Part shown: piece by piece, positions 52,009 to 64,000 of the stretch
How positions within the stretch are numbered: position 1 is the first letter of the stretch
Layout: each line of letters begins with the position of its first letter
Assembly (NCBI GenBank): GCA_015680685.1
Contig: MNCI01000825.1
Coordinates: forward strand, 71,625 to 135,624
Direction: 5' to 3'
Origin: Gnetum montanum
Lineage: Eukaryota > Plantae > Gnetophyta
DNA: 64,000 bases
The notes under the pieces: generated by a model
Seen by the model: the letters and a program-made list of their open reading frames with translations, nothing else
Database searches by the model: none
What the model was told of the DNA's origin: nothing
Position numbers and translations under genes: made by a program

Positions 52009-53879
52009 CTGCAAAAGCCATTCATGTAGGTTATGATGCTCTCTTGAAACTTCGATGAAAAAGAGCTTTTTCATTTATATTATAACATTAATTACACCTA
52101 TATCTATATGACTAGTACAAGTAACAGCAAGCTGTTCTTTCAAGACATTTTTGAATGTTTTAGGAGATAATTAAACCAGAAAGCAAACATTCAGAAGCCA
52201 TATTAAATCTGAATCATCCAGAAATCTTTAGTCCTTAAGATACAGTAGAAAGATTTAAGTGGATGGAAATTGAATCACCTTTCACAAACTATTTGGTCGT
52301 CCAAATTTATTCAGGAATAGGATCGTCAATGGAAATGTTTTTCAGTTTGACTGTTTTACTTTGCCTCTTATGGATCTCCCTACCAGGTTTCAACTTCCTT
52401 ACACTAAAATTTAGACTTTTTTTAAACTATTAGGTAGCAAGCAGAATTCCACGTGCCATAAAAGCCTTATATACAATACAGCTGTGTTCGACTCTTTTAT
52501 CATGGAACTGTTATATTAAATCTCTCTCTCAATGGCAAAGAAACAGTCCATTTAACCTGGCAGGAATAATTACTTGGCTTTTCAGAAAACTGAAAAAGAA
52601 GTTAATTTAGTGATGAAATTTCTTGGAACACAGGTCCTGCATCTAGATATTGAAAGAAAATTACAAAACACAAGGAACAACAGTAGCTCTACCATGATTG
52701 ATCGTAATCATCAACCGGAAACTACTCAGAAGATCAAACGTGTATATTCCTAAACTCATAACCAGCATAAGGATTTAGCTTGATGACTTTGGGAAAGTGA
52801 TTGAGCTAATTTTGAGAGCCTGGTGTGAAAACCAAAAACTTACCAGGTTTGATCCACTCCTAGTGTAAATGAGATCTGTCAGTCTTTACAAATGAAGGTA
52901 TCTCCCATGAATCCAACAGTCGGCCAATAGAATTCTTAGGATGCTGTATTTTTTTAGTACTGTGGAATATTTATAATTTCACTCAATTCATTTTCATATT
53001 CAAAGAGGCCTTGTACTGCTATTGCTCACATTTGGTCTGTGAATATGTGCAACTAACTTTATATGGGGTACTGCTAACCAGCATGTTGATGAGATGCTTA
53101 TAATGCTGCCCTTTGTTGCCAGACCCGGCTTTTTGCCTACACTGTTTTCCTCTACCCAACTTGGACTCGGCAAGTTTCAACCATGTTTGGCAACAGAAAC
53201 CTAAAAAATATGTGAATTTTGATATAAACTTGACTCAAGAGATAAAACTTTGCAGCACTGGTGAGACTCAGGCAAGTTTTGCAGATTTTGACAGCAGGGG
53301 TGTTGTCATTGATGATCTAAAACATAAGGTTACTTTTTGTACTGGCTCACTTTTGTCCATGTGTTCTTATACTCTATTTTCTATGCTGCATTATGGTATA
53401 AGTGATTAAATACTTTTAATTGAATGAAGCTTATATATATTTCGAAATGTGCTTATAAGTTAATGTGAAAGTTTTTGATTCACTGATTTAAGCACTTTTA
53501 CGGTTATCAGTAATTTTCTTCTAATTATTTACTATTTAAAAATAGAAAAATATTATTTTATTGTTGGATGATGAGTCATAAATTCTAAAATCATTTTTAA
53601 AACAATAGTTTGAAATTAATGAAAATGTGATCTACAGTTTATTTGGCAGACATTTTAATTTATTGAATATTTAATTAACAAAATTATGTCAAAATTCAAA
53701 ATTATCAAATTGCATTCAACTTTGGTGGGCTAACTCCATTGTTATAGAAAATCAATCATTAATTAGTTTCTTGATTTAAGTCACAATCTTTGAAATTTTA
53801 ATGTTTAATGTTAAACATGGTTTGAAAAGTACCTTACCAAGTACTGCCTATCTCGCTTCCTACCAGATCTAGGGCAGGG

Positions 53880-55300
53880 CATATTTAGGCGCATGCCCAN
53901 GTGGACCCCCCAAAAAGTCATCATGTCACCAATCCAATTGCAAAAAAATGCATTATCCACCAGGTCCGAGTCCCCGTGCAACAACTCCAGGACCTCCATC
54001 CAACCCACATTCTGAATCATCAACCACAACTCATTCCGCTGATATCCCGCACAGTCGGGCTCAAAGGTCGACGTTGGCCCATCGCCACAATCTCCGCCCT
54101 TGCGCCACCACCTAAGCCATTGTAGGGAGCCGCATAGAATGAAAAACCAAATTATTACGAGCTTTCGATGAAGCCCACAGCACAGTTGTACCCACTGAAT
54201 CCCCGCATAAAACATGGGCCTGGGGGTGGATGGGGATGCTAGCAACTGCCAAATGTCAATCATAAAGGGGCATTGGTAAACGAAATGGTCAATAGTTTTT
54301 GGCTCCCTCATGCATATTGAACAGGCCTCCACAATATTGAGCCCATGGGCCCACAAAATAGCCCGCACAAGCAACACTTTATGATTAATGAGCCAAATAA
54401 ACACTTTGATTTTTTTCCAGTAGCCTACCCTTCCACAAGGTACACCATCTCATAACTATCAAAAATTTCCAATTAATGATGTCCTAGGGTGATTTCCCCA
54501 TCATAACACCCATTATCATAGCACTGGCATGCACACAAATGGTCCTCCAAATGAGTGAGTCCCTGCACCCTGCCTCCCACTGAATATATGTTATCCTTAA
54601 TGCTCTAGATCCATTCAGTAGAATTAGGAGTCTCTTGCACAATATGATTGACCAACTTTTGATATCCCATCATAATCAGGTCTTGGAACCTTAGTATTCC
54701 CAAACCAACCACCTCTCAGGGGTAGGCAATGGCATCCCAACCCACCAAGTGCATCTTAAGCCAGCCCTTGCCCTTGGACTAGATGAAGTTTCTGATAATC
54801 TGGTCCACTTTATTCATGACAACAACCAAAGGCACCGCAACCACCCCCATGAACCTAGCCATAGCAAACAGGATAGAATTTGCCAGCAAAACCCACCCTT
54901 TTTGCGTTAAAAAACATGTGGTCCAGTGCTCAACCGTTTGTTGTAACCTGTGAATAAGGATACTCCAGGTATCTTTTTGATTCCAAACAAAAATTGAGAG
55001 GCCAATGTACACATCCTGGTGCATCCCAATGAGCATCCCCAACACCTACAAGATCCTCCCCTTAACTAAGCTAGACATATGGAACAGATGCACTTTGCAC
55101 TTCCCTTTATTCACCTCCAAACTGATCTCCTATGCCATCTTCTCCAATGCTCTGTTGATGGCCGGCACCTATGGCACTGAAGCACGTGAGAATAACATAG
55201 TATCATCCACATAATGCTCCATCAAACAATCAATCCCAGCAACATTCAGCCCCCAAACCCCCTTCAGCCTTGCAATACACCTGCAAAGTATCCATAGCAA
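53880..55300 (-). mobile_element. L1-clade LINE ORF2 fragment (RT C-terminal half and zinc-binding region)
   Basis: HYVDDTMLF (~55215-55190), VYIGL, GWVLLANSIL, KIKVFIWL...CSIC...TIDHFVYQC. Confidence 0.85.
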
Positions 55301-58153
55301 TGATGTTACCCACTACCATTTTATCCAACCCCAGTGTTCTTCTTGTGTGGCCTACAAGATGATGTAGGATTAGAGGGACTTCGTGTGCAACAGCTAGATG
55401 GTCAAAGGGTCAATTGAGTACTTATTTATCAATAAAATGAATTATGCTTAACGATGATTTTTGGTATCTTTGGTAGAATGGAAAGTGAAGTGCAGATGTT
55501 TTATTTTGTTGAGCATTTTTGTGGTCAGTTTTTGTGGGGTTTCAAGAGAGTTTCCATGTACCAATTCATTGTTAAATGGTCCTTTGTACAAGGCTACACT
55601 TCTTTCAATGTGAAAACATGAGGCTAGAAAATATAATAATGAAGATTTCATGGGACCATGTTAATTCATCATCATTTTCAAGCTTGGTATATTTAAGATT
55701 TTATCTCTCCTTTCTTTTAAGTATTGTGTTTATGGAATTTACTTATTCAGTTTGCTTAAAATCAAAGATTGATTCCATGATGATGATAGACATAACATAT
55801 GTTTTTTAACGTTGCCAATTTCTGGTTTTGGTTTTATATTCTCTAGACAGTCACCTATACAATCTGTTCTGTTATATAATTTTTTAAGGAATCAAAGAGT
55901 GTACCTAAACTCTATTCAGAAAAAAATATATTAGAAACTATGTTTACCCTCTGTTTTAGCCTGAGAATAGAAAGGACTTATGTTTTTCTATGGCCAGTAA
56001 TTTATTCCCCATGATTCTACCTTTTAAACTAAAGAAATTTCAGAGACCAAAGTTGTCTTAGGATGAGAGAAAACATTGTGAAATCCCCATTTCCGTGAAC
56101 TGTGTTGATAACTAAAATTTCAGATTTCTTTTAGGCCTTCCATGTCTTCTATGTTCAGATTTGTTTGTAAAATTCAGGCCCTACTTTCAGAATTTGTTTG
56201 CCAAATGTAGAATATCTGAAAGTGGAAGAAACATTGATTGATTTTCACATGAGAAGCAAACCTATGTACTGTACCTCCCCATTGTTTATGTGTGAACTAG
56301 TTTCTTATATGGCATTTAAGTCTCACTTAAAATGCACAATTATGTTCTCTCTATTGTAAGTTGAAGATAGTAGAATTTTGGAAGCCTAGAAGTCTCCTTG
56401 GAGTAAGTCTTTTATTGCATAATAAATGTTTTGTATATTTTGTTATAGTTAGATTTTCCATTCATGTAAAGTAAAATATAATTTATTTATTCTTGTTTCA
56501 ATATGCTACCCTATTTATTTACTAGCAATTACCTTCTTTTATTTGAGCAAAGAAAAGAAAGAAAATATATATGTGATCATGTATGTTTATTTGTTTTCCA
56601 TAAAATTAACCTACATAAATTATGATTAGAAGCCCTTTGAACCCTAGAAAAAGTAATTCACCTCAATTCACAATTAGTAATTAGGTGGACAATGCATCTC
56701 ATTGATGTACCTTGTATGAAGCATGTAGTATTTCTAGGGACCATTGACTAATCATATTAATAATAATATATGCATCCATATACCTTGAATGGATGAGTTA
56801 TATTATTTATTTATTTCACATACACTATGCTTTACAAGTGGAGATGAGCATCACTATCTAACCCTACCCATACATATACTTACTTTGGCTTAATATCTTG
56901 AGCCATTGGACCCAAAGGGGTTGAGTTGTACAACACCCAAAAGTTTTCAATGATGCATGTGCTATTTGTAAGTGTGTACCTACCTTACATACGATCCCCA
57001 ACCACCTATCTTGGAGGTATATCAAGGTGTAATTCAAAAATGATGGTTCAACCAAGCCTTATTTGTGACATTAGAACTCGAAGATAACCCAACTAACAAC
57101 TGAATGGTAACTAGATACTTCGAGTTGGATAGCCCTCAATGTAGGAATACAACGCCGCATTGCATGGGCAAAGTTGTTGAAACCCATACATTTTTTATTC
57201 CCAACCATTGTTTAAAGCCTATTATAGATTAAATGATCTTGTTTGGTGGAAACATAGTGGAAAAGTAAGAGTACATCCAACCACATCCATTGGTGCTACT
57301 TGTAAAATGAATATTGAAACAAGTGAGTCAAAGAAATGTTTGATGTTTTATAGCTTCACAAGTGATGGAAAGTGTTAACCATCACCATGGTCAATGCAAG
57401 TTATCATAGTGCTACTAAAGATAGACGATATGCAATAGATGCATCAATCTTTAGGATTATGAGAAGTGGTAAGGTCTCACCCCCTCAATAACTTGTTAAG
57501 TGTAATGAGGGAAGGAGGTACATAGGCCCTATAATCAGCCCATCATTATATGAGTCACATCCTCATTAGTTGCTAATGTAAGTATAACCCTATGTTTTAA
57601 AAGGAATGGGAAAAAATTATATTGATCTTTAGAGTGTGGTTATTAGGGGTCCTACATGTCTAGTTTGGCCACCAAGATTAGCCAATTATGCCAATTTTTT
57701 CTAATTCAACTCTTCTTTGTGCTATGTTAACATTGTTTTTGATGATGACTAACATAATGTCTAATTTTATGTTCCTTGTCCAACATCAAAAGTGGGAGAG
57801 AAGTGTACTCTCAAACGCACCTCTCTCTCAAAAGTGAGAAGCAAAGACCAATGTACTCCTCTCCTACCACTTAAACTTGTACTTGTAGCACTCTTACTAT
57901 CTTGGCACTTCAAATCTACTAGAATCCACCTTTTTGGATTTTCAAAGTTCATAGGAACTACTGAAAAACCTTCTCTCTGAAGTAAGAAAAGTAGTGTGAA
58001 GTATAAGTTATATCAATTGCATCCTTTTATGTTTTCACAACCTACATAGTTACCAAGGAGCAACTGGTAGATGGTATTTGGACTCATCTTGACCATTCNA
58101 TACACTAGAGAAGCTTTGGAGAAATTATTAGAACATTGTAGATCTGAATAAAA

Positions 58154-61100
58154 TGTTAAAGGCGGAAAATATCGTGCTATAGCAAATCACGTAGATGCTG
58201 TAAATCATTGAAAAACCTACTGTAAACTCCAACAAACGTTTGTCGTGAAAGCAGAATGAAAATAGCAAAAGAAAATAGCACAAGAACACAGAGATTTACG
58301 TGGTTCAGGTCCTTTTTACCCTACCTCTACAACAATGCTAATCTGCCTTCTATTCTGCTCAAATCTTAAAGACACAAGCCATCCTTATAGCTTTCCCAAG
58401 CACCCAATCTGTTACTCCAATAGATCTTAGATCTCAGACTCTCATCTCCAAGGTAAAACCTCAATACAATGCTTCTGCATCAAAAAAACACCCACATAAA
58501 GGCTACCCCAAGCCTTCTATTTATAAGGAAACATTAGGACCAAATCCCAATCCTAACACGTGGGATAAAACACATCTCCACATAAACATGACTTTACAAA
58601 CTGAAACACACAACACCCCCCACCCCCCATATCATTATTTAAAATGCAACATCCTTTTAAAAACATAAAAAGAAATACAACAAATAATACTAATGTATTT
58701 GTCTTCATTTTTCCAACAAACTCCCCCTTAAGAAAAATCCAACTAGCATTCAAGAGATGTGCACTTTTGATTAAGCTTTAGCTATCCCAAGCTTCTTCCT
58801 ACAGAAAATGTGTTTTTCAACTATCACTGGTTTTGTTAAAGCATCAGCAACATTAAGCTTTGTATGGACCTGCTGAACATGCACCAAGTCGTCCTCTATG
58901 ATTTCTCTTATGAAGTGGAACTAGATATCTATATGTTTCGTCCTAGCATGAAAGGCAGAATTCTTTGCAACATGGATTGCACTCAAACTGTCACAAAACA
59001 CAGCATACCTTTGTTGTTTTAATCCAAGAGATTACAATAATCTCTTCATCCATAACATCTCTTTGCATGCTTCTATGAGAGCTACGTATTCCAATTCGGT
59101 TGTAGATAAAGTTACCAGTGGTTGTAGACGTGACAACCAACTCACTGCTGCACCACCAAAAATATATGTGTACCCTGTAGTGGAACATCTTGTATCATCA
59201 TCAGCAGCAAAGTTTGCATCTACAAAACCTTCAATGTGTATATTAGCATCTCCAAAACACAAGCAATGTGTTTTTTATGCCCTTGAAATATTTTAGAATC
59301 CATTTAACAGCCAACCAGTGATTCCACCCATAGTGGGTCATAAATCTACCAACTACTCCAACGGCATAAGCAATATCAAGATTTGTACAAACCATGGCAT
59401 ACATCAATGACCCAATAGTAGAAGTATATGGGACATTTTTCACCTTTTCAAAGTCCTCTTTTGACTTTGGACAGTCCTTTGATAAATTAAACTGTGCTAA
59501 AAGAGGTGTACTTACAGGTTTTGCATCCTCCATGTTGAAACATTTTAGAATATTTCCAATGTAATCTTCTTGACTCAACCACAGCTTCTTCCTTTTCTAT
59601 CCCTGTAAATATTCATTCCAAGAATTTTCTTTGCCTATCCCAAATCCTTCATAGCAAACGCTTTGCCCATTTCTAGTTTTAGATGTTTTATTTCTGCCAT
59701 GTCATTTCCAACAATTAACATATCATCAACATACAACAACAACGCTGTAAACTTACCAAAACATCTCTAGAAAAATACACACAGTGGTCCATATTGTTTC
59801 TTTGATAATTCAGCTTCTTCATGAAGGTATCAAACCTTTTATATCACTGCCTAAAGGCTTGTTTCAAACCATATAAGCTCTTTTTCAGTCTACAAACTAG
59901 ACCTGAACCTTGTTGTTTTTCATACCCTTCTAGATGTTTCATGTATAGTTCCTCCTCCAAATCTCTATGGAGGTATGATGTTTTTATGTCAAGCTGTTCC
60001 AATTCTAAGTCCATGTAGGGCACCAAAGATAGCACTAAACATATAGAAGATTGTTTTACCACCGGAGAAAAAATTTCTTGAAAGTCTATGCCTAGTTTCT
60101 ATGCATAGCCTTTCACCACCAACCTAGCCTTGAAACGTTTTTCCCCATTGGTCTCTATTTTAATTCTGTATAGCGACCTGCACTCCAAGGGTTTTCTCCC
60201 TTTTAGCAACTAAACCAGCTCCCATGCTTTGTTCTGCTAGAGTGATTCTCATTCATCATTCATAGCTGCCTTCCACTTGGTAGCATCAGTACACATCATA
60301 GCTTCCTCCATTGTTTCCAATTCACCACTATCACTATAAAGTACATAATTCAACAAGGGAGAGTACCTATCAGAAGGTCTGGCAACTCTTATTGACCTTC
60401 TAACCCAATGAGACACATCTGCAACTTGTTGTTCATCATCTTCTTCTTCATTTCCTTGTTGTCCTCCATTTTCTCTTTGCTGTCCTGAGTTCTCAGCTTG
60501 CTACCATGTAATTTCAGCATGCTGTCCAATGTTTCCAGATCTGGAAAATCCATGAATTTCATCATTTTCAACTTCTTCAGTCACCCTAAAAGGAGTTCTC
60601 ATGCTATCTGAGCCATTGTTGTCCTTGTCTTTCGTTTGCAGCTCACTAAACATCACGTTTTCTCTTAATTTAACATCCCTTGATCTCACTACACGTTTCA
60701 GTTCAGGATCCCAAAGTCTGAATCCTAAATCATCTTCTCCATATCCAACAAATATGCAACATTTAGCCCTATCCTATAGCTTAGTTCTGTTCTCCTTTGG
60801 AATATGCATAAATGCCACATCCAAAAACACAAAGATTTACATGGTTTGGGCCCTTTTTACCCTACCTCCACAATAATGCTGATCTGCCTTCTAGTCTACT
60901 CAAATCTTAAGGACACAAGCCATCCTTATAGCTTTCCCAAGCACCCAATCTGCTACTCCAATAGATCTCAGATCTCAGACTCTCGTCTCCAAGGTAAAAC
61001 CTTAATGCAATGCTTCTGCATCAAAAAAACACCCACATAAAGGCTACCCCAAGCCTTCTATTTATAAGGAAACATTAGGACCAAATCCCAATCCTAACAC

Positions 61101-61251
61101 TTGTGGGATAAAACACATCCCCACATAAACATCACTTTACAAACTGACCCTCCCCTTTTTCCTATCATTATTTAAAATGCAACATCCTTTTAAAACAATA
61201 AAAGGAAATGCAACAAATAATACTAATGTATTTGTCTTCATTTTTCCAACA
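58154..61251 (-). mobile_element. Ty1/copia element (Tnt1/Tork-like) with internal deletion of gag-PR-INT core
   Basis: LTR copies ending ttccaaca at 58718 and 61251 share ~430 bp; PPT AAGGGGGAGTT next to 58718; RT ([36 protein letters not shown]) and RNase H (STTGY, LSTTELEY, KHID.RFHFIRE). Left boundary approximate; no TSD confirmed. Confidence 0.88.
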
Positions 61252-64000
61252 AAAACAACCCCCAAGAACCAAAAAAGAGGGGGAACCCTCAACAATATTC
61301 ACGGATAGAAACAAGAGAAAAAATAGGTCCACTCCAAGGGGCCCATGGGAACATGAGTCTAACTCAAAACCATAGCCTAAAAAAACCAAACATCTAACAA
61401 AAAAGCCATGTTTAAATAAAAAACAACCAATCATCAAAGCGGGCAGCAAAGTCTGATGCAGGGGCACTATGGCCTCTCCTAGATGTGGACCACATCAAGA
61501 ATATTCCAACAACTTTCGGATTTCACAAAGATAGCCGCTTCCTAGAATTCCTTGTACCACCCTTCTCTCTAAGCTGGGGCCTCTCCGATAAGGTTTCTAG
61601 CCTTGTTGGGATGTAATTTACTATAGGTGGTCTGAATAAATTTCCAAAGACCAGCCCAAAAAGCATTCTAATTGATTCTAATGACAACATAAGGGTACTT
61701 ACCCATCCAATGCCATCATCTGGCATTTAATTCATGTGCTGCATTCTAACTTCTCTTCATCTATTTTTCCTTGAGGAAGGTTCTAACCCATTGGGCCTCC
61801 TCCTACTCCTTCCTAGTCAATCGCTCTTCCTCCTACCTAGGGAGATTTTCTTGATCTATGCCTTGAGCTAGTCTTCAAATGCACTACGATCGTAGTCTCC
61901 CTCATCATCTGTTGGTGGTTTTCCTCCCCTCTTTCCCAAGAGTGCAACTCCTCCTTTTGCTACTGCACCTAGTCCTCTTACTCCCTTCTAGCCAACTCCT
62001 CAACCCACCTAGCCTATTTCTCCACCCCAACATCTAACTCTACCTCTGCAATAGTCTTACTAAATTCAATAGCAAACTTAGCCTCCAACTCCTTCCTAAT
62101 CATGTTCTCAGCCTATTGTCGCTGCTAGTCAAAGCAATGTTGCTGATTAGTCATTGGCCCCTATCAATCCAAACTACCTTCACTAGGCCCCTACTCCAAA
62201 TCATCATTATCCCCATGTCCCCGTGACCTTAGAAACAAGGATGACAACGCACCCTCCAAAAGGGGATGCTTGCGCATGTAGACCATGTTAAAGCAACATG
62301 ATCTTATCATCCTAGGTTCCGCGGGCATAGCTGCAATCCAATGGACCAAGATGAGCCCTGAATGTCTCCCTCGTTTGCATTGCCTGAGAGAAGCCAATAA
62401 AATTTTGGTAGATTCACCGTCCTACCTAGTTGCATGCAACACAAAAAAAAGCAAAATGTGCTCCTTGAAGCTTCTAGACATTGCCAAAGTAGACAAAAAA
62501 CCTATCAACCAACTCCACCACCTATTGCCAAGTGGGCGGCAATGTCGACTTTGGGACTTGCCCACTTACAATCTTCAGGATAGGATCAATGAAGAAACCA
62601 TCAACATCTTGCAACCCCTATCTTGCCGAAAGCATTGTTTCCCCCTCTTCTAGAATCCCAAAGTTAGAGTAGATAGCTTCTTTAGTTAACTTGATTTGAA
62701 CCCCCACTAAAACTTGTGTGATCTCCCCTCTAATGATTGAAAAAAGCTTCATATTTGAAGTCAAGATCCCCCTATGAGAAGGGGAAGCAGGTCAACCCAA
62801 CCAACATGAACCACCATCTCCCAGATAGTGTGATTTTGCATGAATAGCATGCAATCTAGTTCGAAGGTGGGTGCCATCTCCATGGTAGCATAGGCTTCCT
62901 TACACAAGCGATAGCCCCGAATAGCAATTTGGTGTAGCAATGCTAGTGGCACTATGGAAAACTAGCTCATTCATCACCCACTGGAGAATCCTTGTGGAGT
63001 TGAAGAGGATATGCAAGCCCAAAAGCCCATCAAATGTTCATAGAGAAAGGGAAGAGCAAAATGAAACGTTGCAAGGTTTCTCAATCCATGTGGCACAGGC
63101 AACAGGAGGTGTTAATACAGATGCCACATTCTCGAAGAAATGCATGAACTAAGAGCACCCCTTGAGAGATGAGAGAATGAGGAATTTAATTTTATTTTTG
63201 GCAACCATACCCTCCAAATTTTCCACCAACTAGACACAGATCTATACTTCTATTATAAGATTTCCCATGGATGTGCAAGTATTGACCCTAAAGGGACAAG
63301 AGCTTAAGTGCAGGTGCAAGTTTTGTGCCAAAGATGTGAATCTTATTTTGAGCAATCCATCACTAGTAGTTTTGTTTAAGGATAGAAACCCACAATACTT
63401 CTTCATGGCCTTCCTCAAAGATTCACTTAATGAGACCCTAATGACCAAACATGATAGAGTCTTCAAACATCATCACCCAAAGCTCCCCAATAGCCTTGGG
63501 TCTAGTGATTTTCTCCTAGCAAATTAAATGTAGTCAGTTACCCCCTTTCCCACCTAACTAGATGAATTGTCTAATGATTTGGTTGACTTTATTGATAACC
63601 CGCTTAGGTAAGGAGACAACTAAAGTAATGTATTTGGCCATAGTAAAAAGCACAAAGGAAGCAAGGAGAACCTTACCCTTGTTAAAAATATGGACATCCA
63701 ATGTTCCACCCTAGATTGAACCCTCTGAATAAATTGGTACCAAGAGGCATTTCGGTGCCACGCATACATCAAGTTCACCAAATAGGAGTCTTTAGAGTCC
63801 CATGAGAGATCCCCAATGTTATACAAATCCTGCTTTTTATGACTCCATCCATAAGAATGAAGTGGGTTGCCGATTTATCCCAATTGACAGCCAGCCCTAG
63901 CTCCTTGGACATATGGCCTAGAGCCTTGGCAATAGCCACCGCTTGCAGTAGCCTTTGTCACAAGGATTATGTCATCCATGTAGTGATTGGTGATGCAAGT
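61252..64000 (-). mobile_element. Degenerate L1-clade LINE (RT through C-terminal region and 3' end), runs off the window
   Basis: HYMDDIIL near 63990-63965, RVEHW..IFL, C..C...ETL.RF.LF..C-like zinc region ~63050-63100; AC-rich 3' end next to the Copia LTR. Boundaries approximate. Confidence 0.7.

Noticed and set aside
52200-53450. Additional PYD2 exons or ORF 53113-53409
   Set aside because: No dihydropyrimidinase motifs found on the minus strand; sequence looks like ordinary intron.
57760-58098. Plus-strand Copia gag/protease remnant (RWYLDS near 58070)
   Set aside because: Only one short motif beside a single-N join; not enough to call.

Overview
Repeat-rich land-plant nuclear DNA from a draft assembly (two N gaps), made mostly of decayed retroelements plus the last two coding exons of a host dihydropyrimidinase gene (PYD2-like, minus strand, 51271-52008). 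From left to right: an RTE-LINE 3' end; a ~16 kb minus-strand Ty3/gypsy element of the Tat group (RT-RH-aRH-INT order, 1111-17140); three related Athila-like elements with TGATGA...TCATCA LTRs, one pol-less and nested with an exact ATCTT TSD; and, beyond the host exons, an intron of at least 12 kb filled with L1 and Copia remnants. The main discovery is inside the Tat element. Its ~4.8 kb protease-RT spacer, which looks like an Ogre-style intron on the element strand, holds an 8-exon ANTISENSE gene (7169-11222). I could splice it by hand through seven GT-AG introns into one frame of 1081 codons with no frameshifts and five premature stops. The protein has an N-terminal FCP1/NIF-type HAD phosphatase-like domain with degenerate catalytic motifs, then a plant-mobile-domain/transposon-ORF-like helical domain, a coiled coil and an acidic tail. 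The same element has an 11-copy motif array in its 3' UTR and palindromic arrays in its LTR. All domain calls are by-eye motif recognition, not database searches.
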